From Streptomyces virus LukeCage (Duplodnaviria > Heunggongvirae > Uroviricota > Caudoviricetes): DNA of 64,000 bases. The stretch covers positions 59,119 to 123,118 of IMG/VR virus record IMGVR_UViG_2974629454_000001; one strand, 5' to 3'. A program made the position numbers and the translations under genes. Below, one piece after another: positions 35,938-44,755 of this stretch. The notes beneath the pieces were generated by a model. That model was not told the origin of the DNA. It was given only the letters and a program-made list of their open reading frames with translations, and ran no database searches. Every line of letters starts with the position of its first letter. The first letter of the stretch is position 1.

Positions 35938-36005
35938 AGCGGATTAGTGAAACGGTATCACGCGAGGCTCATAATCTCGTATTCCTGTTCGAATCAGGGT
36001 CCGCC
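35938..36005 (+). tRNA. second CAU-anticodon tRNA with a 4-bp T stem and an A1-C72 mismatch
   Basis: D arm gtga/tcac; anticodon arm cgagg-ctcataa-tctcg; T arm cctg-ttcgaat-cagg. Confidence 0.5.
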
Positions 36006-36087
36006 CCCACGTGATAGTGAAAGGAAGCATCATACCGATGCGATACGACTAAACTCCTTCTACCGTTAAAAGTAGAAGGAGGTGCAA

Positions 36088-36207
36088 ATGCCAGGACCAA
36101 TGAGTCGCCCTGATGGCATTCGAGAGAATGCCGAACAGCGCAAAGAGCGCGGGCGCAAGATCATGACCGGTAAGCCTGTTAAGACAGGCAAGACTGCAAA
36201 GAAGTGA
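36088..36207 (+). CDS. small basic protein (39 aa)
   Basis: AAGGAGGT Shine-Dalgarno. Confidence 0.4.
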   Translation: MPGPMSRPDGIRENAEQRKERGRKIMTGKPVKTGKTAKK

Positions 36208-36213
36208 GGTGCT

Positions 36214-36399
36214 ATGCCACAACGCTTCGTCAAGGATCTTGGCGAGGCTAACAGTGAAGAACATGCTTGGGAAATCTGTGTAGAACTTCGACAGAATATG
36301 TCAAAGGGAGCAGTAGCGGAATTCAAGCGTAAGAATTATATCTTCAAGCCTCATAAGATCAAGAGCAGATGGCATGCCTGTCTGTTCCAGAACTACTGA
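36214..36399 (+). CDS. hypothetical protein
   Basis: ORF track; a ggccttcgggcc terminator follows. Confidence 0.45.
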   Translation: MPQRFVKDLGEANSEEHAWEICVELRQNMSKGAVAEFKRKNYIFKPHKIKSRWHACLFQNY

Positions 36400-36419
36400 T
36401 AAACGGCCTTCGGGCCTAA

Positions 36420-36501
36420 GCATGAGCGGCGAAGTTGGAGAGACGCGGTGGTCTGTAAAACCATTCCTTCGGGTGAGTCAGTTCGAATCTGACCTCATGC
36501 A
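36420..36501 (+). tRNA. tRNA-Tyr(GUA), class II
   Basis: Perfect acceptor gcatgag/ctcatgc; loop ctgtaaa; long variable arm; T arm gtcagttcgaatctgac. Confidence 0.7.
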
Positions 36502-36557
36502 CGTACAGTATAATAGAAAGAAGAGGTTGTAGCAGCTCCTCTGGAAAAGCTGCCTAT

Positions 36558-36629
36558 GCATGTAAGCCAGGGATAAGCTAGGCGGGCCTGTAAAGCCCTA
36601 CCTTGTTGGTTCGAATCCAACTACATGCA
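36558..36629 (+). tRNA. class I tRNA with anticodon GUA (Tyr-decoding) and no long variable arm
   Basis: Acceptor gcatgta/tacatgc; anticodon arm gggc-ctgtaaa-gccc; T arm gttggttcgaatccaac. Confidence 0.5.
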
Positions 36630-36631
36630 CT

Positions 36632-36704
36632 GTGACGTAAGCCGAGCGGTTAAGGCACTTGGTTGTGACCCAAGGTTTGGCGGGTTCGACTCCCGTACGT
36701 CACC
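36632..36704 (+). tRNA. tRNA-His(GUG), no encoded G-1, C73
   Basis: Acceptor gtgacgt/acgtcac; anticodon arm cttgg-ttgtgac-ccaag; T arm gcgggttcgactcccgt. Confidence 0.7.
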
Positions 36705-36735
36705 CTCTACACGTCCCTCTAACATTGGAACAAAC

Positions 36736-37113
36736 ATGGAAGACAAGTGGGGCAGGCAGGGTTTTCTCAATCCCGTAGACAGCCGTGATGACGGTTGGTA
36801 CAAGTTCGCTACTGAGTTCACCAAGGATGATCGTAAGATCTGTGTGAACACTCAGTTCACAATTTCAGACTGTTCAAACAAGGCTTATCTAGAGTTTGAT
36901 GTTCGATATCTCTACTTCGGTACAACTTCTCTGGACGAGATCTCTGAGCGCCAGAAGGAAATAAATGCCCGGCGCAAGAAGGTCAAGGAACTTCGTGATG
37001 CTGTAGCAGAATGGGCAGAAGAAACCCTCGCTATTTACGACAAATACGAGGATGCCCTAAAGAGCATCAAGAAGGAAGCCAAGAAGAATGGGAAAAAGAA
37101 GGGTAGCAAGTAG
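36736..37113 (+). CDS. hypothetical protein
   Basis: The ORF-track ORF 36625-37113 was trimmed to the first ATG downstream of tRNA-His. Confidence 0.5.
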   Translation: MEDKWGRQGFLNPVDSRDDGWYKFATEFTKDDRKICVNTQFTISDCSNKAYLEFDVRYLYFGTTSLDEISERQKEINARRKKVKELRDAVAEWAEETLAIYDKYEDALKSIKKEAKKNGKKKGSK

Positions 37114-37420
37114 TCTTGCGATCATGCTACTGAGTGTAGTAGCATGTAGTCGTGGGGAATCAGACTTCTCTACTAAAGACAAGGCTTTTCTCAAGACTGT
37201 GAGACAAGAGATCACAGCAAGTAGAGACATGTCTGATGGTCAATTGATTGAGTCTGCTAAGGCTGTTTGCAATATAGCAAAGGAAGAACAAAATTTCCTA
37301 GTTGTAGTTAGCAAAACACGCCCGGCGCTAGGATTCACCCCAAGTGATACTAGCTACTATGTAGGCGCATCAATTGCTGCTTACTGCCCTGAAAACAAAG
37401 ACATCATTCCTGGAGCATAA
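37088..37420 (+). CDS. lipoprotein
   Basis: Signal peptide with lipobox VVAC. Confidence 0.55.
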   Translation: MGKRRVASSLAIMLLSVVACSRGESDFSTKDKAFLKTVRQEITASRDMSDGQLIESAKAVCNIAKEEQNFLVVVSKTRPALGFTPSDTSYYVGASIAAYCPENKDIIPGA

Positions 37421-37421
37421 A

Positions 37422-37676
37422 ATGCAGATTGGTTTTGAATACATTGAGGGCAATGGTCCTTTCACAGTAGTAGGCTATATCGGAGACAGCTTCAATCCCT
37501 TGAAGCAGCCTTTCGAGCTTCACTATCATGATGGATTCGCAGAACTCATTATCATCACAGATGACTATGTAGTTCGTGCCACTGGAGAATACAACAGAGG
37601 CATTGGCGTTCTCAATGCTGGAGAAACTGGTCAGCTCATTTTTAACCTAGTCCATCAACTTGACAACGGGGACTAA
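37422..37676 (+). CDS. hypothetical protein
   Basis: ORF track, trimmed. Confidence 0.45.
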   Translation: MQIGFEYIEGNGPFTVVGYIGDSFNPLKQPFELHYHDGFAELIIITDDYVVRATGEYNRGIGVLNAGETGQLIFNLVHQLDNGD

Positions 37677-37695
37677 CTCCTGTAATGTAGTTAAT

Positions 37696-37771
37696 GGCGC
37701 TGTTGCAGATGGTTCTTCTGCCGATAGTCTGCAAAACTATTCGATAGAGGGTTCAATTCCCTCCAGTGCCT
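37696..37771 (+). tRNA. tRNA-Cys(GCA) candidate (extra nt near position 26, 6-nt variable loop)
   Basis: Acceptor ggcgctg/cagtgcc; anticodon arm atagt-ctgcaaa-actat; T arm gagggttcaattccctc. Confidence 0.5.
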
Positions 37772-37773
37772 CT

Positions 37774-37848
37774 GCCGGATTAGCTCATTTGGTGTAGAGC
37801 GGCTGTCTTGTAAACAGCAGGTGATCGGTTCGAAACCGATATCCGGCT
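37774..37848 (+). tRNA. tRNA-Thr(UGU)
   Basis: Perfect acceptor gccggat/atccggc; anticodon arm gctgt-cttgtaa-acagc; T arm atcggttcgaaaccgat. Confidence 0.7.
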
Positions 37849-37940
37849 CAATGGAGGACCAACCCAGGGAGAATGCAACCGAACTGGGCAATGGGAATTC
37901 AGGACGGTCTAGTACCTAGTTGCAGGGGAACGGCCTTTAT

Positions 37941-38012
37941 GCCCCCATAGTGCTAGTGGTAACACGGTATCTTGGTAAGATACTATCGTCAGTTCGATTC
38001 TGACTGGGGGAT
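37941..38012 (+). tRNA. tRNA-Thr(GGU) (G1-A72 mismatch)
   Basis: Anticodon arm gtatc-ttggtaa-gatac; T arm gtcagttcgattctgac. Confidence 0.6.
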
Positions 38013-38145
38013 CTGGAAAGGATGTGTTTTAATGAACACTCTTAAGCTAAGGGCAAAGGCACTATACCTAAAGGCCAAGCCTTACTTTCCACTGGCACTT
38101 GTCTGGTGGAATTCACGCAAGAAGAAGGCTAAGTAAGCCTTCCAT

Positions 38146-38218
38146 CTCTCTATAGGCTAATTGGATAAACCAAGGTGCTACGAACGCCTAATTGTCGGTT
38201 CGAGTCCGGCTAGAGAGA
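38146..38218 (+). tRNA. tRNA-Arg(ACG)
   Basis: Perfect acceptor ctctcta/tagagag; anticodon arm aggtg-ctacgaa-cgcct; T arm gtcggttcgagtccggc. Confidence 0.6.
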
Positions 38219-38219
38219 C

Positions 38220-38250
38220 TGGCCCCGATCTAATGATCGGGGCCTTAATT
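38220..38250 (+). terminator. rho-independent terminator
   Basis: ggccccgatc taat gatcggggcc ttaatt. Confidence 0.6.
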
Positions 38251-38270
38251 CATGTTAGGGATGATTTAAC

Positions 38271-38420
38271 ATGTGTGAAATCGAACGGTGGGAAAGTGAG
38301 GGAGGAAAGGCAACAAAGATTCCCTGCATTTTTCACGGAAAAGAATACAAACAACACGACTTCTACTACGGAGATCAATGTCGTAGATGTGGAGTCTGGA
38401 AAGATGAGGAACAAGATTGA
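38271..38420 (+). CDS. small Zn-ribbon protein (49 aa)
   Basis: C...C...CxxC; its stop overlaps the next start. Confidence 0.35.
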   Translation: MCEIERWESEGGKATKIPCIFHGKEYKQHDFYYGDQCRRCGVWKDEEQD

Positions 38421-38974
38421 AGATCTTTTATGACACTGAATTTTATGAAACTGGACCGGAAGAGCCTGTTAGGTTCATCAGTCTAGGAGCGGTGCGCGAG
38501 GATGGTGAGAGGCTGTATCTGATCACCAATAACCTCTACGTGCTCAACAGAGCAAATGAGAATGAGTGGATGAGGGAGAACGTCATCGCCCATTTGCCAG
38601 TAAAGCAGACGGCCACTGGAAGCCTCGCATGGGACACTCAGCATCCTGACTATGCAAGGGTGCTACCGAACGAAGCGATTGCTGGATTGTGGAGAGACTT
38701 CGTTTTGGACTACGATGAGGCACATGAGTTTGACAAGCCTGAGCTGTGGGCATACTATGGAGCCTATGACCATGTGGTTGTCAGCCAACTCTTTGGACGT
38801 ATGATTGACTTGCCAGATGGCATGCCAATGTATACGATGGATCTAAAGCAGCGGTGGCACAATGAGGGAAGACCTCCACTACCAAAGCAGGATGGCGGAG
38901 AGCACAACGCCCTTGACGATGCACTGTGGAATAAGATAGTATCAGAATATCTAGACGCCTACGGCGAGAGGTAA
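38417..38974 (+). CDS. DEDDh 3'-5' exonuclease (DnaQ/RNase T-like), TTG start
   Basis: N-terminal FYDTEFYETG matches exonuclease motif I (Exo I); C-terminal HNALDDALW matches exonuclease motif III (Exo III, H..D). Confidence 0.7.
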   Translation: MKIFYDTEFYETGPEEPVRFISLGAVREDGERLYLITNNLYVLNRANENEWMRENVIAHLPVKQTATGSLAWDTQHPDYARVLPNEAIAGLWRDFVLDYDEAHEFDKPELWAYYGAYDHVVVSQLFGRMIDLPDGMPMYTMDLKQRWHNEGRPPLPKQDGGEHNALDDALWNKIVSEYLDAYGER

Positions 38975-38976
38975 AA

Positions 38977-39147
38977 ATGGGTAATAACAGCGGCCTCAAT
39001 GAGTACGTTTGTCAGACATGCAATCTGTTTACCAATATAGCTGATCAAGGCAAGGCGAAGGCATTTCATCGTAAGTTCATCAAGGAGCACGCTCCCGATT
39101 TGGTAACAGTCGCAGAGTGGAACCGTAAGCTAGAGAAGGGCAAGTAA
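38977..39147 (+). CDS. small hypothetical protein (56 aa)
   Basis: Shine-Dalgarno GAGAGG; CxxC. Confidence 0.4.
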   Translation: MGNNSGLNEYVCQTCNLFTNIADQGKAKAFHRKFIKEHAPDLVTVAEWNRKLEKGK

Positions 39148-39542
39148 TGGGTGATCGCACCAATGTTGGCGTAGTTATGCGTGGAAGCAACGGGCAGGAG
39201 AAGCTTGGCATTCTGTGGGTTTACTCACATTGGGGTTTGCCTGGCATCACTGCTTCAATTGCAAAGGCTCTTGACAACGCCAAGGGCAGGTGGGATGATG
39301 ATATGTATGGACAGCGAATCTTCGTTCAGTCCATCATGGAGGCCGGTGGCATGGAAGGTGGTTCTGAGCTAGGAGGTGGCCTAAGCTTTAATTTCATTGC
39401 TGACAATGAGCATAAGCTTTGGGTTGCAGACTTCTACGATCAGACGATGTATCTCTTCCCTGAGTATAGCGGTGGTCTTGACACACCGGAGCCTCTTGTG
39501 GCAACATCATTTCAGAACTTCGTCACTAAGTATCTTAAGTGA
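39147..39542 (+). CDS. hypothetical protein
   Basis: ORF track; a gcccttcggggc hairpin follows. Confidence 0.5.
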   Translation: MGDRTNVGVVMRGSNGQEKLGILWVYSHWGLPGITASIAKALDNAKGRWDDDMYGQRIFVQSIMEAGGMEGGSELGGGLSFNFIADNEHKLWVADFYDQTMYLFPEYSGGLDTPEPLVATSFQNFVTKYLK

Positions 39543-39563
39543 CGTAAGCCCTTCGGGGCTCTA

Positions 39564-39841
39564 GGGGATGCCTTGGTTTCGACTGGGGTGGATGACTTTA
39601 GTTTGCAGCCTGACATTGAGGAGATGTCATTAAAAAGCCTCAAACCTATAAATGCCAACTCTAACGTTGCATCTGCCTACGCCCTAGCGGCGTGATGGCC
39701 GGGCGGCAACTGCCTAGGAACAGAAAGTTGCGAATGTTTGGCCCGGTGGGGATAAACACACGCAGTATCTGCTTGACACATGGCTGTGTATAGACTACTG
39801 TTTGAAGCATCAGGACGCGGGTTCGACTCCCGCCATCTCCA
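39564..39841 (+). ncRNA. ssrA: tmRNA (SsrA), compact about 278-nt form; tag peptide ANSNVASAYALAA
   Basis: The 5' end ggggatgccttggtttcgactgggg and the 3' end ggacgcgggttcgactcccgccatctcc align with the E. coli tmRNA termini. The acceptor ggggatg/catctcc carries G3-U70. The tag ORF gcc...tga at 39664-39705 ends in YALAA. Confidence 0.85.
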
Positions 39842-39854
39842 CTTAAGGATCAAA

Positions 39855-40169
39855 ATGAACTTGACAGGACGGTCTACCATGGTAGACTTTGATCTGACCG
39901 AGCAAGACGCCAGAACCATTCAGAAGAGTATGCGAACTGGCCCTGTGACTCTCAAGGTTACTAGAGTTCAGATCAGCTACACTTATGGCATGGTGCTGGT
40001 AGGTCTTGATCGGAATCCCGGTCCTCACTACAAGGTGAGAGTGTCAGGATATAGAATGAAGGCTGGTATGAAGCAACGCGATACTGTTGTTCAGCACAGC
40101 TATCTAAATCCTGATCTTCCTGACTGGCTAGAGCAAATGGTTGTTGACAACGCCCCCAACTGGTACTAG
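39855..40169 (+). CDS. hypothetical protein
   Basis: Trimmed to the first ATG after the tmRNA; Shine-Dalgarno AAGGA. Confidence 0.5.
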   Translation: MNLTGRSTMVDFDLTEQDARTIQKSMRTGPVTLKVTRVQISYTYGMVLVGLDRNPGPHYKVRVSGYRMKAGMKQRDTVVQHSYLNPDLPDWLEQMVVDNAPNWY

Positions 40170-40178
40170 GATGTAAAC

Positions 40179-40403
40179 ATGCCGAAATGGATGCGACTTC
40201 CGGGAACGGACAAGCACAACAGCCTTGGTTACAGGGTTGGATCTGCTTTCGAAAATGGTTATGGCGATGAAGGGCCTCTGGCCAAGGGAATCGTCGTAGG
40301 AGGATGCGTCTTTCTTCCTCTTCTCATCGCTGCTGGTGCCCTTGGTGGTGCTGGTTATGGACTGTGGAGGCTTGCCGAATGGCTCTGGACTATGATAGCC
40401 TGA
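40179..40403 (+). CDS. small membrane-anchored protein
   Basis: C-terminal hydrophobic helix. Confidence 0.45.
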   Translation: MPKWMRLPGTDKHNSLGYRVGSAFENGYGDEGPLAKGIVVGGCVFLPLLIAAGALGGAGYGLWRLAEWLWTMIA

Positions 40404-40448
40404 TGAAGAAGTGGATGGAAACCATCCGAAGAATTGAAGGGCAAAGAA

Positions 40449-40628
40449 ATGACTGAGGCTTTCATCGTTTATTATCGAGACGCCAATTCATGGAACTCAG
40501 TGAATGAGTTGCCCAAGGCGATCTTCCTTGACAGAGAATCAGCCGAAGAGTATGCTGGTAAGCAGCCAGGATACGGATTGAATCAAGATTGGTTCGTAGA
40601 GGCGAGACCTCTTAACCCAAAGGACTAA
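40449..40628 (+). CDS. hypothetical protein
   Basis: ORF track, trimmed. Confidence 0.4.
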   Translation: MTEAFIVYYRDANSWNSVNELPKAIFLDRESAEEYAGKQPGYGLNQDWFVEARPLNPKD

Positions 40629-40629
40629 C

Positions 40630-41034
40630 GTGCGTACCAAAACAGTTACCAAGCTGGTGCGTAATCTCACGCAAAAAGAGTACAGCCAATGCAAGTCTCT
40701 GAACTTCCGCTATGATGGCTGTATGATGTATGATCTTCCCTGGTCTAAGAAGGCTTTCCCAAGGCAGGCCAGGGTGGTCATGATCAAGGATGCTGAGACT
40801 GACATGCTTATTGCATGGTGTCTAGCATATCCAAACAATGCGGGTGACAATTTCATCACTCAGTATTACACTAGAGTGAAGTTCCGCAACATGGGCTACG
40901 GAAGCCGTCTGATTTACCATGTCAGAAAGTTCGCTCCCAGTCCTGTAGTAATGCCGCACGATCCAAATAGTCGTGCATTCTTCCGTAAGCACGAAGACAA
41001 GATCACTGTCCGTGCTTCTCACTCTCTTTACTGA
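40630..41034 (+). CDS. GNAT-family acetyltransferase (GTG start)
   Basis: FRNMGYGSRLI matches the acetyl-CoA-binding motif A. Confidence 0.55.
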   Translation: MRTKTVTKLVRNLTQKEYSQCKSLNFRYDGCMMYDLPWSKKAFPRQARVVMIKDAETDMLIAWCLAYPNNAGDNFITQYYTRVKFRNMGYGSRLIYHVRKFAPSPVVMPHDPNSRAFFRKHEDKITVRASHSLY

Positions 41035-41044
41035 AAGGCCCAAA

Positions 41045-41260
41045 ATGGCTAAGCGTGTTAAGGCTGTCGAGCTTCGTTCCACCGACCGTTCCAACTTCTC
41101 CAACCTGTATGTTGCTGGTAATTGGATCGGTCTTGTCGAGACCAGCAAGGTTGGCCGAAGGACTAACTACCGACTGCACCACGGCAAGCGTAACTTCGAG
41201 GACTTTCTTGGCACCAAGAAGGACTTCGAGGCTTTTGCCAAGGAGCGCTTCACCAAGTGA
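41045..41260 (+). CDS. hypothetical basic protein
   Basis: Shine-Dalgarno AAAGG; the C-terminal part of ORF 40973-41260. Confidence 0.45.
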   Translation: MAKRVKAVELRSTDRSNFSNLYVAGNWIGLVETSKVGRRTNYRLHHGKRNFEDFLGTKKDFEAFAKERFTK

Positions 41261-41264
41261 GGTA

Positions 41265-41513
41265 ATGATGTTTGACAGGGTTGTCAAGAGTTACGACTAC
41301 TCCTGCTACGCCTGTCCGGTAATTGTAGATGGCTTCCTTAAGTCTGGGGAGCCATTCTATTTCCGCCTTCGTCATGGTGTCGCCAGGCTCGTTCTGGAGG
41401 ATACAAAACGCGCGGCGGTGATGGAAGCAATTGACGGTCTAGACGGCACATGTAGCGATGAGCAGTTCAAGCAAATGTTCAATCGTCTGTACCTTGAAAT
41501 CGTAATGGGCTGA
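41265..41513 (+). CDS. hypothetical protein
   Basis: Shine-Dalgarno GAGGT; the protein-like C-terminal part of ORF 41055-41513. Confidence 0.45.
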   Translation: MMFDRVVKSYDYSCYACPVIVDGFLKSGEPFYFRLRHGVARLVLEDTKRAAVMEAIDGLDGTCSDEQFKQMFNRLYLEIVMG

Positions 41514-41523
41514 AAGGCCCTAA

Positions 41524-41594
41524 TGCTACGTAGCTTAATATGGCAAAGCAACTCTTGGCCAGAGTGTCATGTGGTTCGAATCCCATCGTAGCAG
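41524..41594 (+). other. tRNA-like gene with a degenerate T stem (possible pseudo-tRNA)
   Basis: Perfect acceptor tgctacg/cgtagca; D arm gctt/aagc; ggttcgaatcc T loop but only 2-3 bp of T stem. Confidence 0.4.
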
Positions 41595-41673
41595 CCATAT
41601 CAATTAGACTTCATAATCTCTCTCCTGCTATACTATAGATGCCTAATTCATCAGAGGCAGGAGGATTGATTAT

Positions 41674-42114
41674 ATGGATTTTGTAGAACATCTGGGCTAC
41701 CAATACCTCACTGACCTTCTGACGGAAATCCGCGTAGGCCAGCAGGGATTGGAGGAAAGAATGGCAGACCTAACAACTGAGGTTGCAAACCTCCGTGAGG
41801 CAGTAAGCGGTGTTAGCGCACGTGTAGATGCTCTTGTTGGTCCACTAACGGATGCCGTTAGAGAGGCACAGGATGCACTAGCAGCCGAGCGTCAGGCAGC
41901 AGCAGATCTTGCAGCAGCCGAAGATGCAGAGGACGTAGCGCAGAACCAGGCTCTTGCAGATGCGCAGGCTGCAACAGATGCCGCACTTGCAAACGCTCAG
42001 ACAGCAGCCGACGAGATCAGTGCAGAAACTGCACGTCTTAACGAGGTTGCAAAGCCAGCCGAGGAACCTACTCCAGAGCCAGAGCAGCCATCTGGTCCAG
42101 TAGTAGAAGGTTGA
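41674..42114 (+). CDS. Ala-rich coiled-coil protein
   Basis: Shine-Dalgarno CAGGAGGA; low-complexity Ala/Asp/Gln repeats. Confidence 0.5.
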   Translation: MDFVEHLGYQYLTDLLTEIRVGQQGLEERMADLTTEVANLREAVSGVSARVDALVGPLTDAVREAQDALAAERQAAADLAAAEDAEDVAQNQALADAQAATDAALANAQTAADEISAETARLNEVAKPAEEPTPEPEQPSGPVVEG

Positions 42115-42125
42115 TAAAAAAGGAG

Positions 42126-42155
42126 TTGACAGCCCCTATAGGTCTCTAGTAGACT
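42126..42155 (+). promoter_or_regulatory. sigma70-like promoter TTGACA-N18-TAGACT
   Basis: Lies upstream of the long tRNA-like element. Confidence 0.45.
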
Positions 42156-42170
42156 AGCTGTCATAAGCAT

Positions 42171-42298
42171 GGCCCCAAAGAGTCACTAGCGGTCTACGGT
42201 AGCGCTGCCGCCCGTTAGACTCCATGCGGCACCAGGCTTGTGCAACCGACGGGTTGAGAACATAAGCAAAGGGGAGGGTTCGAATCCCTCTGGGGTCC
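42171..42298 (+). other. 128-nt tRNA-like RNA: acceptor + canonical T arm + a D stem with a 32-nt loop
   Basis: Acceptor ggcccca/tggggtc; D-like stem gagtc...gactc; T arm gagggttcgaatccctc. Confidence 0.35.
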
Positions 42299-42369
42299 AC
42301 TATGATTATAAACTATGACCCTGGTTAAGTAGCTTGACAAGCTACACTACAACAACTAGGATGTGATGT

Positions 42370-42666
42370 ATGGCTACCATCAAGGAACGCGGCACCGACA
42401 AGTGGAACATGAGCAAGGCGACTCGTCGCAGCGCTCGCAACTTTGTCGAGCGGGAGAAGGTTGGCAAGGCTAAGAAGAAGAACACTCGCAAGTGGTGCAA
42501 GGGCAAGGAAGGACGTAAGCACACTCTCGCCCTTTACAACAAGTACACTTGGCGTCACGGCTACAAGTGCCTCAAGTGCAGCAAGGAGTTCTACTTCCCC
42601 ATCAGCCGCGAGGACTTCGACTTCGTTGAGCGCAAGTGGGAAGATGACTACAACTGGGGCAACTGA
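42370..42666 (+). CDS. basic Zn-finger-like protein
   Basis: ORF track; CKGKEGRKH...CLKC. Confidence 0.5.
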   Translation: MATIKERGTDKWNMSKATRRSARNFVEREKVGKAKKKNTRKWCKGKEGRKHTLALYNKYTWRHGYKCLKCSKEFYFPISREDFDFVERKWEDDYNWGN

Positions 42667-42851
42667 TGCAGCTTAAGATGTACGCTATTGCCTGTGATCA
42701 AGCAGAAGCTATCAAAAACTGCTACACAGGCAAGTACACAAATCAACCATTCTGGCCAGAGCATAAGACTCTGGTTCCATATCTAGAAAGAGCCAGGGAA
42801 GAAAACCCTGATCTTCAACTCAAGATCTTTGTCATTAAGGTGAGCGGATGA
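42666..42851 (+). CDS. hypothetical protein
   Basis: ORF track. Confidence 0.45.
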   Translation: MQLKMYAIACDQAEAIKNCYTGKYTNQPFWPEHKTLVPYLERAREENPDLQLKIFVIKVSG

Positions 42852-43003
42852 TTTTTTACGCAATTGCCAAAGATGAGTCTCGCGCACTTCGTAGCGATTT
42901 TCGTTTCTCCAGCAAGGAAGAAACAAAGAAGAAGTGTGCAGAGATCAATGAGAAGACGGATGGCGGATACTTCGTATTCGAACTAACTGTTAAGAAGGTG
43001 TAA
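42848..43003 (+). CDS. small hypothetical protein (51 aa)
   Basis: ATGA overlap with the upstream stop; preferred over the antisense ORF 42856-43314. Confidence 0.35.
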   Translation: MIFYAIAKDESRALRSDFRFSSKEETKKKCAEINEKTDGGYFVFELTVKKV

Positions 43004-43005
43004 AA

Positions 43006-43269
43006 TTGGCCGGTAACAAGAACAGCCGTAAGAAGTGGCTTTGTCTTGACTGCGGTGTTGACACTGGTAGGATTGGCGAACACTTCTTTCTGATCAACGA
43101 TGTCTGGTCCTTGACAGGGCTTGGACACAAGGGTATGCTCTGTGTAGAGCACGTTGAGAAGCGCATCGGCAGGCGTCTTGTTCCGGCCGATTTTGCTTCT
43201 GTATGGATTAATGGACCGCGAGGCGGAACGAAGAGTCAGCGCCTTGCCAATCGATTGGGATATAAATGA
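43006..43269 (+). CDS. Zn-finger protein
   Basis: CLDCG...CVEH. Confidence 0.5.
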   Translation: MAGNKNSRKKWLCLDCGVDTGRIGEHFFLINDVWSLTGLGHKGMLCVEHVEKRIGRRLVPADFASVWINGPRGGTKSQRLANRLGYK

Positions 43270-43490
43270 GTGCTGGTCTTCGCACAGTTGACATCTTCGA
43301 TGAGATGCGTGCAAAGTCTAAGGGTGAATATGTAGAGACTGTCAACGGATTTGAAATCTGGGATGTTGGCACGCATGGTCACAGCACATACATGCTTTTT
43401 AAGCGGCGGGGCAAGCAGATGTTCATGTCTACAGGCTCCTTCTCCCCTTTGAGTTATGCTCAAAGGTTGGCAAGAGAAACAAAGCTGTGA
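43266..43490 (+). CDS. hypothetical protein
   Basis: ORF track. Confidence 0.45.
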   Translation: MSAGLRTVDIFDEMRAKSKGEYVETVNGFEIWDVGTHGHSTYMLFKRRGKQMFMSTGSFSPLSYAQRLARETKL

Positions 43491-43666
43491 AGTCTCTAGG
43501 CATTAAAGTTGGCGATACAGTCTGTGACTGTCGCTTCCTTCACCTAAAGGTCTTGAAGATCTGGCCCGATGGTGATACAGTGTCACTAGAAGATGGATCA
43601 AGTTGCTCCATCAGACATTGCTTGGATGCCGCTGATCACGAATGGCAGCATCCAGAAAACTACTAA
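43487..43666 (+). CDS. small KOW-like protein (GTG start)
   Basis: GIKVGDTV; GTGA overlap with the upstream stop. Confidence 0.35.
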   Translation: MKSLGIKVGDTVCDCRFLHLKVLKIWPDGDTVSLEDGSSCSIRHCLDAADHEWQHPENY

Positions 43667-43678
43667 CCTGGAGGACCG

Positions 43679-44755
43679 ATGAAGTTCACCAAGATCTTCT
43701 CACAGGAGTTGCTTGACGAGATGATCTCAGAGGGCTATGTCCGGGCGCAGTTTCATCCGGTCCTGCCTCTCAAGATTCTCAACTACTCTGAGAAGACTCA
43801 GTTCGCTGGAAAGTGGAACGACTGCACGCTTAACTGTCGTGGGTTGATCGTTGATCTCGACGGCAACTTGATTGCTCGTCCTTTCATGAAGTTCTTCAAC
43901 TTGGGTGATTCTCAGTCCGCACAACTTGACTGGGACGCTCCGGTTGAGGTTACGGACAAGAAGGACGGATCAATGGGAGTCCTGTACTCCTATGGTGGTC
44001 AGTTGGCGATTGCTACTCGTGGATCATTCATGTCAGATCAGGCAATCCACGGTACTCGTATTCTTAACGAGCGCTACAGCCACATTCAGTTCGTCTCAGA
44101 CTACACATTTATCTTCGAGATCGTTTACCCTGAGAACAGGATTGTTCTGGACTACGGTTCAATGGACGACCTGATTCTTCTGGGTGCGGTTCACAAGGAA
44201 TACGGTTACGTTTGTGGTCCTCTGGAGGCTCAGGCAATTGTAGATTGGGACGGGCCGGTGACGGAGGTCTTCAATTACAGCTCATTGCGTGAGGCGTCTG
44301 GAGCGCAGTACAGGAAGAACGCAGAGGGTTTCGTAGTCCGCTCTGGCAACAAGATGGTCAAGATCAAGCAGGCAGATTACGTTGAGCTGCACCGCATGAT
44401 CTCCATGCTTTCAGAGCGTTCCGTATGGAGTCAGCTTACCGAGGGCAAGACGATTCTTGAGATTTGTGAGGCACTGCCTGACGAGTTCCACGGATTTGTC
44501 AAGGACGTTGGTGGCAAGCTCCTTGAGGACTACGAGCGCATTGAGGTTGAGGTTTATGGTATCTACCAGAACCTTCTAACTTCTCTGGGCGAGGGCTTCA
44601 CGCGACGTGATTTCGCAATGGCTGCAAACCGAATTGATCTCTACAGGTCTCACATGTTCAACCTGCTTGACGGGAAGAGCATCAATGAGCTAATCTGGAA
44701 GCAGATCAGGCCGGAAGCCAAGCGAGAGGACGTACACCCTACCAATGCGGGCTAA
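43679..44755 (+). CDS. ATP-dependent RNA ligase, Rnl2-like nucleotidyltransferase
   Basis: Motif I TDKKDGSMG (KxDG), motif IV NAEGFVVRS (EGFVV) and motif V MVKIKQADY; Shine-Dalgarno GGAGGA. Confidence 0.7.
   Translation: MKFTKIFSQELLDEMISEGYVRAQFHPVLPLKILNYSEKTQFAGKWNDCTLNCRGLIVDLDGNLIARPFMKFFNLGDSQSAQLDWDAPVEVTDKKDGSMGVLYSYGGQLAIATRGSFMSDQAIHGTRILNERYSHIQFVSDYTFIFEIVYPENRIVLDYGSMDDLILLGAVHKEYGYVCGPLEAQAIVDWDGPVTEVFNYSSLREASGAQYRKNAEGFVVRSGNKMVKIKQADYVELHRMISMLSERSVWSQLTEGKTILEICEALPDEFHGFVKDVGGKLLEDYERIEVEVYGIYQNLLTSLGEGFTRRDFAMAANRIDLYRSHMFNLLDGKSINELIWKQIRPEAKREDVHPTNAG

Noticed and set aside
42856-43314. 152-aa - strand ORF
   Set aside because: It overlaps three co-directional + strand small genes that have overlapping stop-start codons and Shine-Dalgarno sequences, and its sequence is not protein-like.
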